The notes under the pieces: generated by a model
Told to the model about the DNA's origin: nothing
Database searches by the model: none
Seen by the model: only the letters and a program-made list of their open reading frames with translations
Shown: positions 61,011 through 64,000 of the stretch, one piece after another
How positions within the stretch are numbered: position 1 is the first letter of the stretch
Layout: each line of letters opens with the position of its first letter
Program-made: the position numbers and the translations under genes
Assembly (NCBI GenBank): GCA_963693365.1
Contig: CAVNZM010000011.1
Span: forward strand, 2,030,989 to 2,094,988
Reading direction: 5' to 3'
DNA length: 64,000 nt
DNA from: Amoebidium appalachense
Taxonomy: Eukaryota; Protista; Ichthyosporea

Positions 61011-61313
61011 CCCCCTGGTAACAGAAGTATGAAGCTTGCACATTTATTAAGCCTCTTACCTTTCGGATGTGGCGATCGAGTTGTAGTCGGTGTGGGCTGA
61101 CTGTCACTGCCGGTTCACTTAAAGAGTATTCTAACGGCCATTCTGTTCGGTTCACAGAGCTGCACCTGGCGGCCTGGCCCAGAGGGATCCGGCACCCTGT
61201 GCAACACGTGCGGCTACTATTACCGCCGCCACGGCAAGCTCAACATGCGCCGAAAATTGCGCACACAAACCACTGTGGACCCAAACGAGTCAAGTGCTAC
61301 CGAGGAGAAATGA
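58725..61313 (+). CDS. GATA-type zinc-finger transcription factor (single C-X2-C-X18-C-X2-C finger near the C-terminus)
   Basis: Exons 58725-59430 (GC donor), 59664-60235, 60634-60714, 61158-61313 (TGA). Spliced finger CSHCGTTE|SCTWRPGPEGSGTLCNTCGYYYRRHGK; long S/R/Y-rich disordered N-terminus. Confidence 0.92.
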
Positions 61314-62116
61314 TTGGAATGCTAAATGTCAGGACAAAGGAGACGAGGTTCACTGCATCAATTTGGTAAATGTCTGGACCGTCAGTTAACCGTTACTATT
61401 TTGATAGTGACAGCGTGTGAGGTTAGAAGTAATGCTGTAACCGTAGTAGAATGAAAAGGCTCAACGTTATTATTATCCTGGAAGAAAGTTTAGCTCAGTA
61501 CCCTAGCGCACAGTACTGATGTATTGATGTATAGCGGTCTTACGAATAGTAATTATAAACAGCCATTTGCTGTAGCGTGGTGTACAGTAGCAGATATCGA
61601 TGCCACATAAATAAATGCAGGTGTGAGATCCCACAACTTGCTGAATGACCGTGCCGTGTGAGTGATCACTGTCAGTGAAAGATTCGGAGCTCAAGTGCAC
61701 TACTCGATTTTAAGTCTTCGGAAAGTACGTGTGCGCCACGGTGTGTGGCCACGGTGTGTGTGTACTATTTAGCACGTGTGTTTGTGTGTGTGTGTGTGTG
61801 TGCATCGTGTGTGTACGGCCGGCTTGTATATACGCGTGTGTGGATTCATCACTGCAGGTAGCTACGATAGGGAGCCCCTACGTACGTACGGTATACTGCC
61901 CCAAGCATTTTCTGGGATTACGTAATCCAAATCGGGCCACGGCTCACTGGCAGAATCGAACCCGAATCGTTTCAAGTCCTTCAAGCCCATGGCGCGAAAC
62001 TTGGTCATGGAGAGGGACTCAGAGGGAGAGAGCGCTGGGCGGGTCATGAAGAGGGAGAGAGAGAGCTAGGCGTCGTTGACAGGGCAGAGACCACAGGTGC
62101 TCGCAGAGTTTAGAGG

Positions 62117-62309
62117 ATGGAGGAGGAGGCTAACAAAGGGGCCCCGGCGCCCCCAGCACCAAAGCGGATTAAGATCACCATCGAGCCGCACATAGAGAAA
62201 CCGGTGGGTGGGGACAAGTGGTTGTGTTTTGGTGCTTGTGCGTTGTCATGGGCGTGCGCACGTTCACGTATGCATGTGTGCGTCTTTCTTGTGCGTGTTT
62301 GTGTCTGTG

Positions 62310-62381
<72 letters not shown>

Positions 62382-62413
62382 CGTGCGGGCGTGCGTGCAT
62401 GTGGTGGTGGTGT

Positions 62414-62471
<58 letters not shown>

Positions 62472-63170
62472 ATGCGTGCGTCTTCGTCTCTCTGTGTGTG
62501 CGCATTCGTGCTTGCGTGTTTGTGGTCTTGTGCATGCGTGCGTCCGTGCTCGCGCTTGCGTGTGTCAGTGTGTGTGTTTGTGTCGATGGGCACACATGCT
62601 TCTGGAATCCATGCTGGTGTGTTGTGGTGTTCGTGTGGCGTGTGGATCTCTTGGTGTGTGCAAGCGCAAGTGCCTTTCACTTCGCTTCTCGTGGGTGTTA
62701 GTCTTTGCACAGGCAGTGAATGTTTCCCTCTCGTTTATCCTCTTGGCTTCTTGCTTTAGTACGTTTTTACTGCTATCTTTGTAAAACCAAGGAGGGTGTT
62801 ATGCATGTTCATCTCCTTTTCTGCGCTTATCCTCCCTCCTCCCTTCCCCCCCCAGCCCCTCCCCTTTCCCGCCCTTCTCTCCTCCATTTCCCCCAAAGAC
62901 CATATTGCTAATGTCTTTGTTTGCTTCCAACCTTCCCTTTTTGTTATTTGTCCCCCCCCCCCTCCCCCCCCCCCAAAGAACAACCTCGAGCCTTTCTCAC
63001 CATTTTATTGCTGCAGGTGCACCACATGCACATGCACATCGAATTTGCCGAAGACGAGAAAACACCCGCACAGAGACTTTTTCAGAAAGTTGAGCAGTTG
63101 GACTTTGGACGGAAAGGGGATGAAGTGGAACAATATGCACTGGAGGCGCGAGAGAAGTCATATGGTAGAG
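62117..63170 (+). CDS. MED17: Probable Mediator subunit 17, first two exons (continues beyond window)
   Basis: Exons 62117-62203 and 63017-63170 encode [14 protein letters not shown]|[31 protein letters not shown]. From memory this resembles the metazoan MED17 N-terminus (VRISIESACEKQVHEV...SQNLARLAQRIDF). Confidence 0.6.
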
Positions 63171-63375
63171 GTACGTAGGAGTATTTTAGAGTGTTTGGGA
63201 GTGTAGGCGTTGGGACATGTCCTGTAACACGGGCTTTTGGAGAATGGAGAAAAGTATGACTTTTTGGGCTTGGTGGGCTGTATTTGGGAGTATTGAAGGC
63301 TGGTGAATAGCTGGGGAATGAAGGGGGAGGAGGGGGAGAGGGGGGTGGGGGGGGCCGGGGGAGGGGGGAGGGGGG

Positions 63376-63408
<33 letters not shown>

Positions 63409-63758
63409 TGCATGTGTGTGTGTGTGAAAGAGAGATGGTGTGTGCGCGTCTGTGTGTGTGTGTGTGTGCTTTTGGGGGGGGGGGGGGGGGAGGGGGGGAG
63501 GGGGGAGGGGGAGGGTAGAGGGTATGGATGTGACAGCCTCTTTGCGCTAGCAATCTCATCCCCTACCTGCCTCTGATGTCTTCCCAATTGAGCGCACGTG
63601 GGCAATGACCGTGTGCACGTGCATACCTTCCAGACCACACGCACACACACATGCAGGTCGACATGCCCACAAATGCGCACAAACACAACCACACATATGC
63701 ACACACAACACTTGCATACGCCCACGGACAGACGTGTGTGTGCGTGCGCGCGCCCGCG

Positions 63759-63814
<56 letters not shown>

Positions 63815-64000
63815 CACACACACACACACGATCGACTCTCTCCAGATCCCCCCCATCCATTCCTGCTGTCACTGATATCCTTGGATGTCTCTCTCTACAT
63901 TCCCCGCCCCCTCCCCCCCCCCCCCCCCCCCCCCCTCGTTCCTCTCCCCCCTCCCCCCTCCCCCCCGTCAGCATCTTTTAATCCATTTAGATTATCTTTT

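Overview
Eukaryotic, intron-rich genomic DNA dense with poly-C/poly-G, (CA)n/(GT)n and (GA)n tracts; most ORF-track entries are low-complexity noise. Manual exon reconstruction (splice sites plus phase consistency) gives: the 3' part of a heterotrimeric G-protein alpha gene (+, 258-5858); an intronless Zn2Cys6-like transcription factor with only 4 Cys (+, 15337-16938); a 10-exon, 730-aa membrane protein I cannot assign (-, 20870-29489); a ~20-exon REM+CDC25 RasGEF (+, 36280-52824); a GATA factor (+, 58725-61313); and the start of a probable MED17 (+, from 62117). This gene mix suggests a unicellular opisthokont such as an ichthyosporean (inference only). The most unusual signals are in non-coding DNA: strand-oriented simple-repeat architecture at splice sites, three GC-AG introns, tandemly duplicated acceptors, several foldback elements, an intronic repeat family with C/D-box motifs, and an isolated PolB-type YGDTDS motif. 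Homopolymer lengths and some degenerate inverted copies may be long-read assembly artefacts. No transposase, CRISPR array, tRNA or rRNA was recognised.
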